Source: Eledone cirrhosa (Eukaryota). From it: a stretch of DNA of 64,000 nt. Position 1 is the first letter of the stretch, and each line of letters opens with the position of its first letter. Below are positions 52,901-62,759 of this stretch, piece after piece. A program made the position numbers and the translations under genes. The DNA is taken from NCBI GenBank assembly GCA_964016885.1, contig OZ024740.1, forward strand, positions 245,892,001 through 245,956,000. Direction: 5' to 3'. The notes under the pieces were generated by a model. The model saw only the letters and a list, made by a program, of their open reading frames with translations. It was not told where the DNA came from and searched no databases.

Positions 52901-55900
52901 GCGTATATCCTCTGCACACAATGCCCAGGTCTCACTGCCATGCAACATTGCTGTTCGTATGCAGGCATCGTACAACCTGCCTTTCATTTTTAGGGAGAAC
53001 CCTTTAGCAGCTAATAGTGGTATAAGCTCTCTGAACTTTTTCCAACCAGTTCTGATATATATATATATATACACACACAATGAAGGCGCATGGCTTAGTG
53101 GTTAGAGCATTGGGCTTGCAATCTAAAGTTTGTGAGTTCAATTCTCAGACCGAGTGATGTGTTGTTTCCTTGAGCAAGACACTTTATTTCACATTGCTCC
53201 AGTTTATTCAGCTGTAGAAATGAGATGATAGTACTGGGGTCCATATCATTCCACTGCAAAGTTGTCGTGGAGGTGCCATGGCAAAAAAGCACCCAGCACT
53301 CACTGTAAATGAGGTTGGTGTTAGGAAGGGCATCCAGCTGTAGAAATCAAGCCAGAATCAGTTCCCGTCCCACCCTTGCAAGCAGGGAAAAGTGGACGTA
53401 AAATGATGACGATGACACACACAGACACATAAATGTACATGACCAACTGATGTCAGTATGGAAAAACAGATGTTAAATGATGATGTTGATGATATATATA
53501 TACAAATTGCAAAATTGCAGAGTCTACATTTTGAACTTCTTCTGCAACATTGTCTTTAAGAAATTAACAATGAAACAAGAGATTAGATTTACCATTATAT
53601 CGAAGGTGAGGTCTTTGATAGTACATCTGCCTCCAGGAACCATACTTCTTACAGTTCTTGCAATTGACACCATTAAATATCCTTAAAAGACAATAATAAT
53701 ATAGTGCAAGTGTGTAACTGGGAAAGAAAAAGAGAAAGATGTTCAAACATGCCAACATGGGAAGCAGACATAAAAATGATGATGAGAGAAGAGGAGGGGG
53801 GCTGAGATACTACCCACTTAAATCCTCGACCAGTATAATCTTTGATGGTAGATTTAATCCATTTACCCATCGACCCCCCCCCCCTCCCACATCTGTCCCT
53901 TGGGTGCCTTTAGTAGTATCAACTCTGTTCCAAGAATTCAGGCTAAATCTCTGGATTGTGGACACTTCCCTTTCAATAGCCTTGAAAATGGTCACAGGCA
54001 CTACCCTTCTTTCCTTGAGTAAACAGATAAAGAAACAAAAAGTGATTACTCATTTTACATCAGAGAACAACTGGGCATATCCATGGGGGCGGACCAGAGG
54101 TTAAACAATCACTTTATGTGGTTAGTATTGCTGAAAATGTTTTTAAGAGAAGACAGTAATAGATTGGTAGAATTGGTAGAAAGCTGGACAAAATGCCTTT
54201 GTGATGTTTGTTCAGGCACTTTATGTTCCAAGTTCAAATCCTGCCAAGATCAGTTTTTCATCCTTCCAGGGTCGATAAAATAAAGTATCAGTCAAGACTG
54301 AGGTTGATATAATTGATTTTTCCTGCCTCACAAAACTTCTGGCCTTGTGTCTAAATTAGAAACCATTATTGTTGAATTTTAAAGCAGTTCAACTTAAGTC
54401 AAAATATGAAGGTTTCTAATGTCCAATCAGTCAAATAAATATGATAATTCCATGACTTGTTGGGTTATTGGTCCTTCATTGAAGATATTATCAAAGTGTA
54501 ATGTATTAACAAAGATATAATGCTCACTAAGCTAAACATTTTTAAAACCCTTTAGTCAAGAGAAGAAGGCTAGTGCTTCAGGTCATTTCAGACTGGTGGG
54601 AAGAATGGCGGGAGTTATCCTCAACTGGAGACCTAATATGAATCCTTGCAACAGAGCAAATTCTGCTAAAGGCACTCGGGGACTAGGTGCTAAACTGGTC
54701 AAAAGATTAACTCAGAACACAAAAAACAAATACCAGAAGACATCTCATCTGACCCTGTCATAATTCCACCAATTCAATACCCTGGACTGGTGCTTTATTT
54801 TATCAACCCTCAAAAGAATGAAAGACAAAGTTTTGATTAGATATGGAAACAGTAATATCCATAATGAAAGGAAATATAACAACAAAAGAATTGAAAAAAC
54901 GGTTTCAAAAATTAGCAAGTACAAACCTGGTGCAAACAAGTTTCCAAAGTTCTTCATCCCTTGCACAAATATAGAAACCACGACACACCTGAAGATAGAG
55001 ACGTTTCTTAAGTCATGATTGTCATTACCATCAACCAACATGTAGCTACCCCTATCCTTCCCCTTATGTACTGTTACTCAGTTTCAAATTTCACACTCAT
55101 GTTCATATACTCTCAATTTTCAACTTCTTAGCTATCACTCCCCTTCTATTCACACTCTTGATCATATTTTGCCTTTAAAGTCAACTATGTTGTGTGAAGA
55201 GGACTCTAGCCTTGAAGGGTAGAAGGCAACCTCTCTAGTGTTGGTACAATGATACAATGCATCCACTACACTCTGTGAAGTATTTGGTGTTAAGAAGAGT
55301 ATCCAGTTGCAAAAACGATTCCAAAATAGATTAAACTTGCATGAATGGTCCTACAACCAGTCTAAGAGAACAGGAACTCAGAATAAAACTAATTGCGACA
55401 ACTTGTCCAATCTGCATTATCATGGAAAGCGGACAAAAAATGATGGTGATGATGATGCTTCACCAATAGAACTTAATTCACAATATTTTACAGATTGGAG
55501 GATGATTTTCTTAAATCAAGTGAATATATCTGATTCATCTAACCACAGTAAAATAATACTATTAGTCTTTTTAATCTACCCAAAATTGAATGAAAACCAA
55601 TATCAATGCCTGTAGGGTTTGAATGTCGTAAAATAAGGCAAGAAAATAGATGTGGAGAGTTCAATTTTAGTTGTAATTTTGTACAAGTTTCTAACAGGTA
55701 CAAAGCCACATGTTTGAGAGGAGAGCCTAGTTAATTAAATAAACAACCCAGTACTTTATTTTATCAACTCTAGAAAGATGAAAGGCAATTGACATTAGCA
55801 GGATTTCAACTCAAAATCTAAAGGACTATAACTAAATACCACAAGGCATTTTGCCCAAATGCTTTGTTGGTTCTGCCAATCCACCACCAGAAAGACAAAA

Positions 55901-57526
55901 TGGAGTAAATAGAACAAGATATAAAATAAAATAAAAAAGAGGAGACATAGAAGAGCAAAAAGAGTAAGAGAGAATATCAGAGAATGTTTTGAAAGAGCTT
56001 CAACAATTAAATATGACAACTAAATAATCATCCAATTACTAAACTAACCAGGAAATGGATTAGTTATCTAACTAATAATAAAATTGAAGTGAAACCCAAC
56101 TGGTGCATGTGATTTTGTTGGCAACATGACCATGCTAAAGTATAACATATATATAGAGAGAGTGAGTGTGGGGAGAAAGAGAGAGACCTCACAAGCTTTG
56201 ACATATTTAATTAAGCATGATTTAAATTAAAAAACAAAATGGTACTCACCTGTGACAATTGCTCTAGGGACCTGGTGTCAAGATCAGTTGATACAACCCA
56301 CTTAAAAATATACATGACAACTTCCACAGGCAATGAAGAAATATGGGTAACCTAAATAAAAGAGATAAAAACACCTTCAGATGAAATAGCAACAGATAAA
56401 TTGTTTTGATGTTGACATTGCAATTACTTGAACCTTTCATTTTGTCTGCTAGAGTTAATGCAATATACCAGTTTATAACCTTGGTTTAAGAAGATATGGA
56501 GCCTACCTTTTATTCAGGTTTATAATATGTTGCTGTTAGCAATCTAATAAGCTTGTTATACCTTCACATCCCATGCCCTGTCACCCTGGTTCTTTACTCT
56601 CATTGCTCTTTCATCTATTCACCCTCTGCGTCATGTTGCCAGGGTTGAATAAAGACAACATACAGTTAAGAGAACCCTTTAGTCTTGCTGAGGACATAAT
56701 GTCCTCTCTAATGCTGGTGCTACAATAAAAGGCACTCAGTCCACTCTGTAAATTGGTTGGCATTAGGAAGGGCTTGCATTAATAGAAACTAGGTCAAAAA
56801 TAGAACATATAAGTGAGACAAGATTCTTAGAAACATTTAGTCTCAAAAGATGACGGCTCCTCTGCATGAGAAGCAGACATGTATATACATACACATCATC
56901 ATCAAATATTTATATATACATCATCATATATTTATATATACATCATCATATATCTATATATACATCATCGTCATATATATATATATAGCCTGAGCTAAGA
57001 TTACAACACAAAATAGACAATATACACAGGAAAAATGTTAATACTCTTTGTTCAGAGGTAGGTGAGCAGATGACGTTCTCAGATGTTTGCAGACGACTCA
57101 GCAAAGCCAACAAGTTTTCTTCCTCCACATCCTCAACAGATGCACTACAATAAATAACATGAAGCATCTTTGAAGGATATTTGCTATCACAGTGTGTGCA
57201 TGTGTAAAAGAGAGAGAGAGAGTGGGGGGGGGGGGGGATCTTTAAGTTTTATATCTTAAAAACTAATATTTTATAAGTCCATGCCCCTTTTCAGAGGTGC
57301 TCAAGATTAATAGGAGGGAGAGAGAAAGGTATCCTCAAACCAGAGACCTGGCCTGGTCTGAATGCTTGCAGCAAGGGCCAAGTGATGGTGTTAAACTGGA
57401 CAGCAGATTAAGTTTACCACCTAAGCAAGCCATGGTGTGATATGAACTTAGAATGTACAGTACTAGAACAAATACTGCAAGGCATAAATACAGACAAAAA
57501 AATCTAAACACAGGCATAAGCACACA

Positions 57527-57563
<37 letters not shown>

Positions 57564-60343
57564 CACAACAAACTTCTGCAGTTTCCATCTACCAAATTTC
57601 GCTCACAAAACATTGGTCAACTCAAGGCAGTAGCAGAAGAAACATGCCCAAGGTACCATTCAGTGGGAGTGAACCTGAAACCGCATGGTTGCAAAGTGAA
57701 GTCCTTAACCATAGATCTATATATATATATATATTACTAAATTTTTTTAAACTATGATAACATCCATGAGTTTGGCTGGTCACGCTTGGGGATCCGGCCA
57801 GATCAGTTGGAGACGGTTGTTTCTGACAGAACTAGCTGGAAGGAGTGTTTGAGGACTTTTCCCCCAACAACCCTCTCAGGAATATGTGGGCGTAGAAGAA
57901 GAGAAGTTTTAAACCATTCACTAACTCTAAAATTAAAACTATATAATTTACTAAACTAGTTTTAAAACATTAACTTGTTCTAACAAGTCTTTTTTAAATT
58001 ACCAAACTACCTTTAAACAATTCACTAACATTAAAGCTATATATATTACAGAACTACCTTTAATTAAGTCTACAAAATAATTAATGTCAGAACTGTAACC
58101 ATTGCTCAATTTCCAGTCAGTTTGGCATTTCAGCTTCAAACACTGGTATTCTAATGATTCTGCCAGGCCACTGCCCCCCAAACCACCACCACCACCAACA
58201 ACAACAACAAACAAATAAAACAAAACAAATAAACAAACAAAATTTCTACAAAAATTCATAGAAGAACAAGTAACTTACTTGCTGCCAATTGAAGTTTCAC
58301 TAACTTGTCTTTCTGAAAAGACAGCAATTGTTATAAGTATAGTTATAAAGGATTCTAATATACAAGGAAATGCTTCAATTACATATAAGAATATTTCAAT
58401 AGTTTGTTTAGAAAGAAAAAGACAATATTCAAGGCATGCTACTAAATACACTTCTACGGAATTTAAAAATAAAAAAATCTTCAAGGTTCTGCAAAGAGGG
58501 ATCAAACCCATAAAAAAAATCCCTCTATACTATAGTAATCTACATGATAATGACCATCCAAAACATTCTGTAAAATGATTGCGGACAAGATGAGCTATAG
58601 AAAACCTGTCAAACAAAGGATCAGGAAGATTCTTCAGCTACGCTACAGACATGTCAAAATCCTTAGTGTTGGGGGCCAAATAAAATGAATCTGGTAAAAC
58701 ACAGAATCGTATGTTGGAACCCCCCCCAGCCTGTCTGGCAGATCAAAGACTCCGTTTGAGTACTGGTTTGGTGTGTGATGACATAACCACTCCTTGCTAG
58801 CAAGGAAAACAAATGTTAAATGATGATGATAATGACTGTAGATACTAGAAAGTGGTAAAATATACAAAGCAACTTCTTACCTCTGCGTTTTCCTCCAGGA
58901 TTATAATTCACGTGGTACTCAATATCTGGGACCAACTGTACGGCTTGTCTATAGTAACTCACAGCTTAGAAAATAGAATAAAAGCAAAGATTTCTTATCA
59001 GTTTCACATCAAAGGAATAATCATCTGGTTAACTTATCTTAAAGTTTATTTATTTCTTCATTTTGAATTGGCAAAATTGTTAAAGCATAGGACAAAATGC
59101 CTTATTCGATTTGTTCTGACTATCTGCATTTTGATTTGCATTTTGATTTCAAATTCCACCAAGGTCAACTTTGCCTTTCATCTTTTCAGGGTTGATAAAA
59201 TAAAGTACTAGTCCTGGGCAAAATTATTTCTAACATAGGCACATAGCCAGAAATGACTGGAGGAGGGGTGTAATTGATTATATCGGACCCCAGTCTTTGA
59301 CTGGTACCTTATTTTAACAAGGATGAAAGGGATGGCCATAGGTGGAATCTCTTTGATCATAAATCTGTTCGATCAGAGGTGACCTTAGTCTAAACAACAA
59401 CAGAAACAACAACAAACATCAACTTACCATTGTACAGATTTCCATTTTGTTCTGCTTTGATACCTTCCAGATAGAACCATTTAGCCTGTAAAAATAAAGT
59501 CTTCTACCTTAGATACAAGGAATAGTTTGAAGTAAAGGAGGAGAATATAGTTAGATAAATTGCCCACAGCATATCATTGGTACACATCACTGAGTCAATG
59601 CATTTAGATATTCCCATATCACTGTCAATGTCATAACTGCTGTGAAACAGTGATTGTCCCTTTGAAAACTTTTAATCAACCATACTATTGTTCACTTTTC
59701 CATACTGGCATAGGTTGAACAAGAATTTCTGAAGCAGTTTCTGTATGGCCCAACACTCTTCCTGATACCAACCCATACCTTATTTGTAAGTTATATACAG
59801 TACAAAAGTGCCCAGTCCACTCTGTAAAGTTGTCGTGTAGCAAAAAGTACCAAGCCCACACTGTAAATGTGGTTGGCGTTAGGAAGGGCATCAAGCTTCT
59901 TCACAGTTCCTGTTGACCAAATTTCACTCACAAAGCATTGGTCAGCTGAAGGTTATTGTAAAAGACACAGTGGGATCAAACCCCAAACCACACAGTTGTA
60001 AAACGAACTTCTTAATCAAGCTGCCATACTTATCTATATATCTAAAACAGAGAATGTCTGGCTGTCTGACTCCCTAAAACTCGAGAACCACGGAACCGAT
60101 TGTTTTCAAACTTTACACATGTAATATTTATGGTCCTGTGAGTGCTTTGAGCAAAAGATATTTCAAATTTTCAATGCTCTAGGGACCACATTAGGCGATT
60201 TAGCGATCTCTCTCTATTAATTCTTTCTTATTAGATAGATACATAGATATAACGTTGCGCCCTTATAATATCTGTATGTCTGACTGTCTGCATTACGACA
60301 TTATGACGCTATATGTGTGTGTATATATATGTATATATATATA

Positions 60344-60378
<35 letters not shown>

Positions 60379-60478
60379 GTGTGTGTAACGTTTTTCGAAA
60401 TATTTACTTCTGTGTTCTTAGTTTCAGAAGATCCCGTTAAGGGTGAAAGCAGTGATTCTTTGCTTAAACTTTAATCTG

Positions 60479-60509
<31 letters not shown>

Positions 60510-61030
60510 ATTATATATTCTTGTACAGATATTTTTGCATACACAATAACAAAATATAAACAAACGTATTTATTTCACGAGGCTCGATAAGGATAAATAT
60601 ATATCAAATATATTAGAACCCTAGAGCAAATCCTAAGCAACGCCGGGCCATTCTGCTAGTGCAATATAAAATAAATGATAGCAACTAACATTTTTACCAA
60701 GTTACTTACTTTACTTTGAATAGCTTCTAATTGGTCCTGGTTGGAGAGATGAGCCAAGGTAGCTCGGATACCATTATTGTTATTACCACTGCTGCTGCAA
60801 GGGACGGCTGTTTCACTTGACTCACTTGCCTCTCGGTTCACCAAAAGCTCCTGCTGCCACTGGACACGGAATTCATCAAGCTGCTTTTCAAAGTCAGATG
60901 CGCTCAAAGAGTCATCATCGTCATCATCATCATCATCATCATCATCTGCTTCTTCAGCTTCTTCCTCCTCTCCCTCCTGCTCTTCTGTTAGTTGATAATC
61001 ACCGGGAGTTGGATTTTGATTTTCCTCTTC
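29978..61030 (-). CDS. FBXO9: F-box only protein 9 (SCF substrate receptor). 13 coding exons, 1389 nt including stop; first (ATG) exon not identified
   Basis: The spliced translation is colinear with remembered vertebrate FBXO9: [35 protein letters not shown]-box [85 protein letters not shown]. Introns are GT-AG with compatible phases. Confidence 0.95.
30467..30872 (-). mobile_element. RTE-type 3' UTR fragment with internal ~46-bp tandem repeats
   Basis: ggatgcccttcctaacacc motif, repeated ccactttacagtgtggactggg, (CAT)n on the plus strand. Confidence 0.8.
31105..31440 (+). mobile_element. Penelope-like GIY-YIG C-terminal fragment, related to 23580-25200
   Basis: [31 protein letters not shown]. 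Confidence 0.72.
32762..32841 (-). CDS. FBXO9: FBXO9 exon [26 protein letters not shown]
   Basis: ttttgcag / gtaagt, 80 nt. Confidence 0.93.
33134..33247 (-). CDS. FBXO9: FBXO9 exon [38 protein letters not shown]
   Basis: poly-T tract plus cctgcag / gtaaat, 114 nt. Confidence 0.9.
33951..34066 (-). CDS. FBXO9: FBXO9 exon [39 protein letters not shown]
   Basis: tttatag / gtgagt, 116 nt. Confidence 0.93.
36150..37392 (-). mobile_element. Penelope-like element of Naiad type: GIY-YIG endonuclease frame (about 37190-36479, no ATG) plus 3' region
   Basis: [11 protein letters not shown]; [57 protein letters not shown]; absent from the ORF track. Confidence 0.85.
37636..38020 (+). mobile_element. 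RTE 3' UTR-only insertion, nearly identical to 9421-9809
   Basis: Shares the ~120-bp internal duplication and the (GAT)n tail. Confidence 0.92.
38292..38674. mobile_element. Small hAT-like MITE interrupted by a SINE (38395-38598)
   Basis: Ends aggggtctcaaac and gtttgggccccctg; gggcca/ggccgc subterminal motifs; TSD not clear. Confidence 0.5.
38804..40781 (+). mobile_element. Second hAT transposon (ZMYM1/Tip100-like) nested in the Buster element; transposase C-terminal half with frameshifts (39372-40533)
   Basis: 8-bp TSD GAAAAGAG at 38796-38803 and 40782-40789; imperfect TIR cagtggcct / caggggcct; [42 protein letters not shown]. Confidence 0.88.
41035..41485 (+). mobile_element. Non-autonomous Helitron
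   Basis: A|TC start, cccaggcaacgctggg hairpin, CTAG|T end. Confidence 0.78.
41804..43450 (+). pseudogene. Buster-family (ZBED5/SCAND3-like) transposase with a frameshift/deletion near 42.82 kb and a late stop
   Basis: [17 protein letters not shown] finger, [41 protein letters not shown]. Confidence 0.93.
44859..44972 (-). CDS. FBXO9: FBXO9 exon [38 protein letters not shown]
   Basis: cttccttag / gtgagt, 114 nt. Confidence 0.96.
45631..45714 (+). ncRNA. Intact type I hammerhead ribozyme in a Penelope-like relic (about 45400-45730)
   Basis: ACCTT CTGACGA GATTCTT (38-nt loop) GAGAATC GAAA CCG act CGG TA AAGGT; all core bases canonical, GUA cleavage triplet. Confidence 0.85.
45791..49930 (-). 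mobile_element. Full-length RTE-clade LINE (5' boundary approximate)
   Basis: Single long ORF, about 500-nt 5' region, 3' UTR and (GAT)n tail, TA-repeat flanks. Confidence 0.93.
46154..49432 (-). CDS. RTE polyprotein: APE endonuclease + reverse transcriptase + PHD finger; frame uninterrupted (track start is TTG, first ATGs lie slightly downstream)
   Basis: [34 protein letters not shown]; NYRGIKL, DLEKAFD, QGSVLSP, YADD; C4HC3 finger; [17 protein letters not shown]. Confidence 0.96.
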   Translation of the reverse strand: MPSIYDRWMDGRTDCGILESGRERKIWTPRAKMPKLKSNSPRGRECEHSSLFRPRMANITLSPPAPHHPHPPNATQNFRVGTINVGTLKGRANEVVEMLERKEVDVCCIQETRWRGGSARFIEGKKRCYKLFWVGNDDGLGGVGIMVAEKWADKIIDVNRVNDRIIKIRLVLNRTTVTVISAYAPQSGLPGTIKDRFYETLLLTTSQISDSDYIIIAGDLNGHVGQHCDGYDEIHGGYGFGTRNEEGSRILEYCDANNLTICNTNFKKRDNHLITYRSREHTSQVDYILTRRRDRVSVVNTKSLPHEECTSQHRLIISDLIVRTRRTRQQKRTILRRKIWKLKDPTARNKFQSILLDAFDSKEEHLESDNIEGQWKFLKANLLLATDEVCGWSRPVGRRRVTWWWNNRVEGSIKAKKQAWKVWRDGGSRVDYQVARREARREVYLARREAEERKFKHVLQRDDQKREVFRIARQCVKENRDIVGEKCVLNDDGILAITDTDKKVAWKCHYERLLNEENKWEKDSLPLIDPIEGPAVLVEGSIISKAIKDMKTGKAAGPSEIVAEMLKASGTVGHTMVTRIVNQVVQNGVVPKDWHSSIIVNCYKGKGDALDRSNYRGIKLIDQVMKVTEKVIAQLIRERIDLDEMQFGFVSGKSTTDALFIVRQLQEKYLAKGKPLYLAFVDLEKAFDRVPRSIIWWALRKLGVDEWLVRAIQAMYKETVSKVRINNEYSEEFSVKVGVHQGSVLSPLLFIIALQAITEEFKTGCPWELLYADDLTLIAESMAELEKKFQTWKHGLESKGLKINLAKTKVLVCRKENKAAVPSGKWSCSVCRKGVGRNSILCPKCKVWVHKRCSGITGKLTKNIDFTCGRCSGAISSSKCPQNTSSFNCAEGSIEIVDSFRYLGDKISSGGGCSESTVARVRTGWKKFRELIPLLAAKGFSLKMKGRLYDACIRTAMLHGSETWALCAEDIRRLERNEACMLRWMCNSNIRERQSINELRKKLEIRGIRCCLLERRLRWYGHVMRMKVDSCITKCRAIKIDGSHGIGRPRKTWDELINSDLTHLHLSKTMSLDRDLWRYSVTEKTRLASRHL
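50568..52131 (+). mobile_element. 5'-truncated RTE LINE with one frameshift
   Basis: ORFs 50549-50869 and 50877-51731, 3' UTR, (GAT)n. Confidence 0.95.
52157..53055 (-). mobile_element. 5'-truncated RTE LINE, tail-to-tail with the previous copy
   Basis: ORF 52550-53080; shares MKVDS and SVTEK variants with the full-length copy. Confidence 0.95.
53080..53415 (+). mobile_element. Full-length CORE-like tRNA SINE with RTE tail
   Basis: Colinear with 4406-4740; A and B boxes present. Confidence 0.85.
53593..53681 (-). CDS. FBXO9: FBXO9 exon [30 protein letters not shown]
   Basis: cttttaag / gtaaat, 89 nt; SWRxMxxxRPxxRxxG motif. Confidence 0.93.
54927..54988 (-). CDS. FBXO9: FBXO9 exon, F-box second part [20 protein letters not shown]
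   Basis: tcttcag / gtttgt, 62 nt. Confidence 0.95.
56250..56351 (-). CDS. FBXO9: FBXO9 exon, F-box first part [34 protein letters not shown]
   Basis: tttatttag / gtgagt, 102 nt; F-box LPxE motif. Confidence 0.96.
57045..57144 (-). CDS. FBXO9: FBXO9 exon [33 protein letters not shown]
   Basis: ttgtag / gtatta, 100 nt; same position as the human DLLSYFQQ..LCQPE region. Confidence 0.82.
58279..58312 (-). CDS. FBXO9: FBXO9 34-nt small exon (E)[10 protein letters not shown](N)
   Basis: cttttcag / gtaagt; supplies the phase 1 to 2 change needed between its neighbours. Confidence 0.75.
58881..58964 (-). CDS. FBXO9: FBXO9 exon [28 protein letters not shown]
   Basis: ttttctaag / gtaaga, 84 nt; matches the conserved YRRAMQLVPDIE motif. 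Confidence 0.92.
59428..59485 (-). CDS. FBXO9: FBXO9 exon [19 protein letters not shown] (TPR-like)
   Basis: tttttacag / gtaagt, 58 nt. Confidence 0.92.
60033..60659 (+). mobile_element. Non-autonomous Helitron containing a Penelope-like fragment
   Basis: A|TC start, gcaacgccggg hairpin remnant, CTAG|T end; homologous to 19.4-19.75 kb. Confidence 0.78.
60420..60470 (+). ncRNA. Variant hammerhead motif (core CAGAAGA)
   Basis: AGTTT CAGAAGA t CCC gttaa GGG t GAAA GCA gtgattctt TGC TT AAACT; three stems pair. Confidence 0.6.
60710..61030 (-). CDS. FBXO9: FBXO9 exon: acidic N-terminus [31 protein letters not shown]...[17 protein letters not shown]...AIQSK
   Basis: Acceptor ttgttgtag, donor gtaagt, 321 nt, phase 0-0. 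Confidence 0.88.
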
Positions 61031-62759
61031 CTACAACAATGTCACCAAAAAATGGATGATTCTAGTTTTAGAATTGAACAAAATATTTAAGAAAATAACC
61101 ACCAAGTAAAAAGACATAACATCAGTAAATGCCAAGTCAATGATGAGAGCCTCTATATGATTGCTAGAAATAGCAATCAAATCTTCCTCACATCACACTC
61201 ATTCTACTGTCTTAAAAAGGACACATTGGATGAAGTGGACCTAAACACACGATGCCTGAAAATAAGACAAGCTGTTTATGCTGGAATGCCTCTGATCATG
61301 TTTCTTTGCATTCTGAATTTGCCCACAACATAGATGCCAATGTGTATCACCATCTTGCTTTTCCCTTCAAAAATATGAATGTACAGAGAGGAGCAGCTGC
61401 AGATCTTCCTCAAAAACACCTTGTGTAAGTTGACACATAGGAGAAGTGACCTTTCCAGGTGCAGATCCATATTCTTATAAGACATATGAAAGCACTGGAT
61501 ATATAAGTTTATCCATTTGTCAGTAAAATCCATCGTCAACACTCATCATATTATCCAGCAGACATATTGTATGATTTCAAAAAATAAACGCATTGGTATT
61601 ATTATCATTGTTAAATCTCAGGCATCATCTTCCTAATTATCTGGCCCTCAACTTGGGGATGGTATACTTAATCCATTGCCCAGTTTAACAAAACCAATTA
61701 GCCCCTGAGTGCCATTAACAACATTCATTCTGTTGCAAACATTCAGGCTAGCTCTTTGTTTTGAGGATATCTTCCTCCATCTCAACAATCTCAGAGACTT
61801 TGAAATGGATTACAGGCATTCCCCTTCTTTCTTTGACTAAACTGTGTGAAAATATACACATAGACATTATAAAACATTGATCTCATTATTTTTCCGAGTC
61901 AGCTGTGAATGGGTAGACTTATTATTAAAGGTTTAGCAAATTGATTGTGTTATTGTTAGTAGCGCCACGAGTAATCAGTTTGGTAGAAGTATATGTTCGT
62001 CATATCGATAACGAGTAACATGATAATAACTTCAACAAGAAGAATGTTCGTGAGATGAAATGTATGTTTATTTTGTTGTAGCACAGAGTTATGTTTGTTA
62101 AATTGTATGATTGTAGTTAAACATAAAAGGGTTACAAAATAAATGTGCCATTGTACCAGGCCTGAGGCAGGCTGAAGTGCAAATCTCACCATTACATATT
62201 GTTTGTGTCGTTCCTTCGGAGTTCACGCAGCAAGAGACCAAGTGGCCTTTACATTACCATGTTCAGGATGCGAGAGAGTGATTTCTCAAATTCAAGCAGG
62301 AATTTTTCCCTCAGGGCGCGTAGGGATACATTCTCTTCTACTGGCGCTGATTGGCTGAGCTGAGCCAAATCACGCACAGAGAATGTATGTGAGCCCGCGG
62401 AATGTTGGTCACTACAAAGGTGTTCCATTCATGACCATCCTGTCTTCTTAGATACAGTGTATCAGGACTATATTATGCAATGTGTCATTCTTTTTTTAAG
62501 ATGGTAAGGTATGATTTGAGATAATATTAACTGCCGTTTCTAGCATACTGAGAGACCATGTAGAAGCTCTCCTCACTGGTTCATAAAATGTTGATTTAAT
62601 AGTGCTTTCAGCATTAATTGAAGAAGCTGACAAAAAAGCCTCTACATGGTTATTCATTTTGGCTAGCAGCCAAATATGCCCCATATTACATGTTTTTGTA
62701 TATCTATGACACATGGAACAATGTAATCCTAGAAAAGCGCAATTTGGGAGACTGCAGCA

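Noticed and set aside
61270-61830. Possible first FBXO9 exon or other coding remnant
   Set aside because: No clean ATG-to-donor exon in phase 0 found; looks like heavily decayed repeat that I cannot classify
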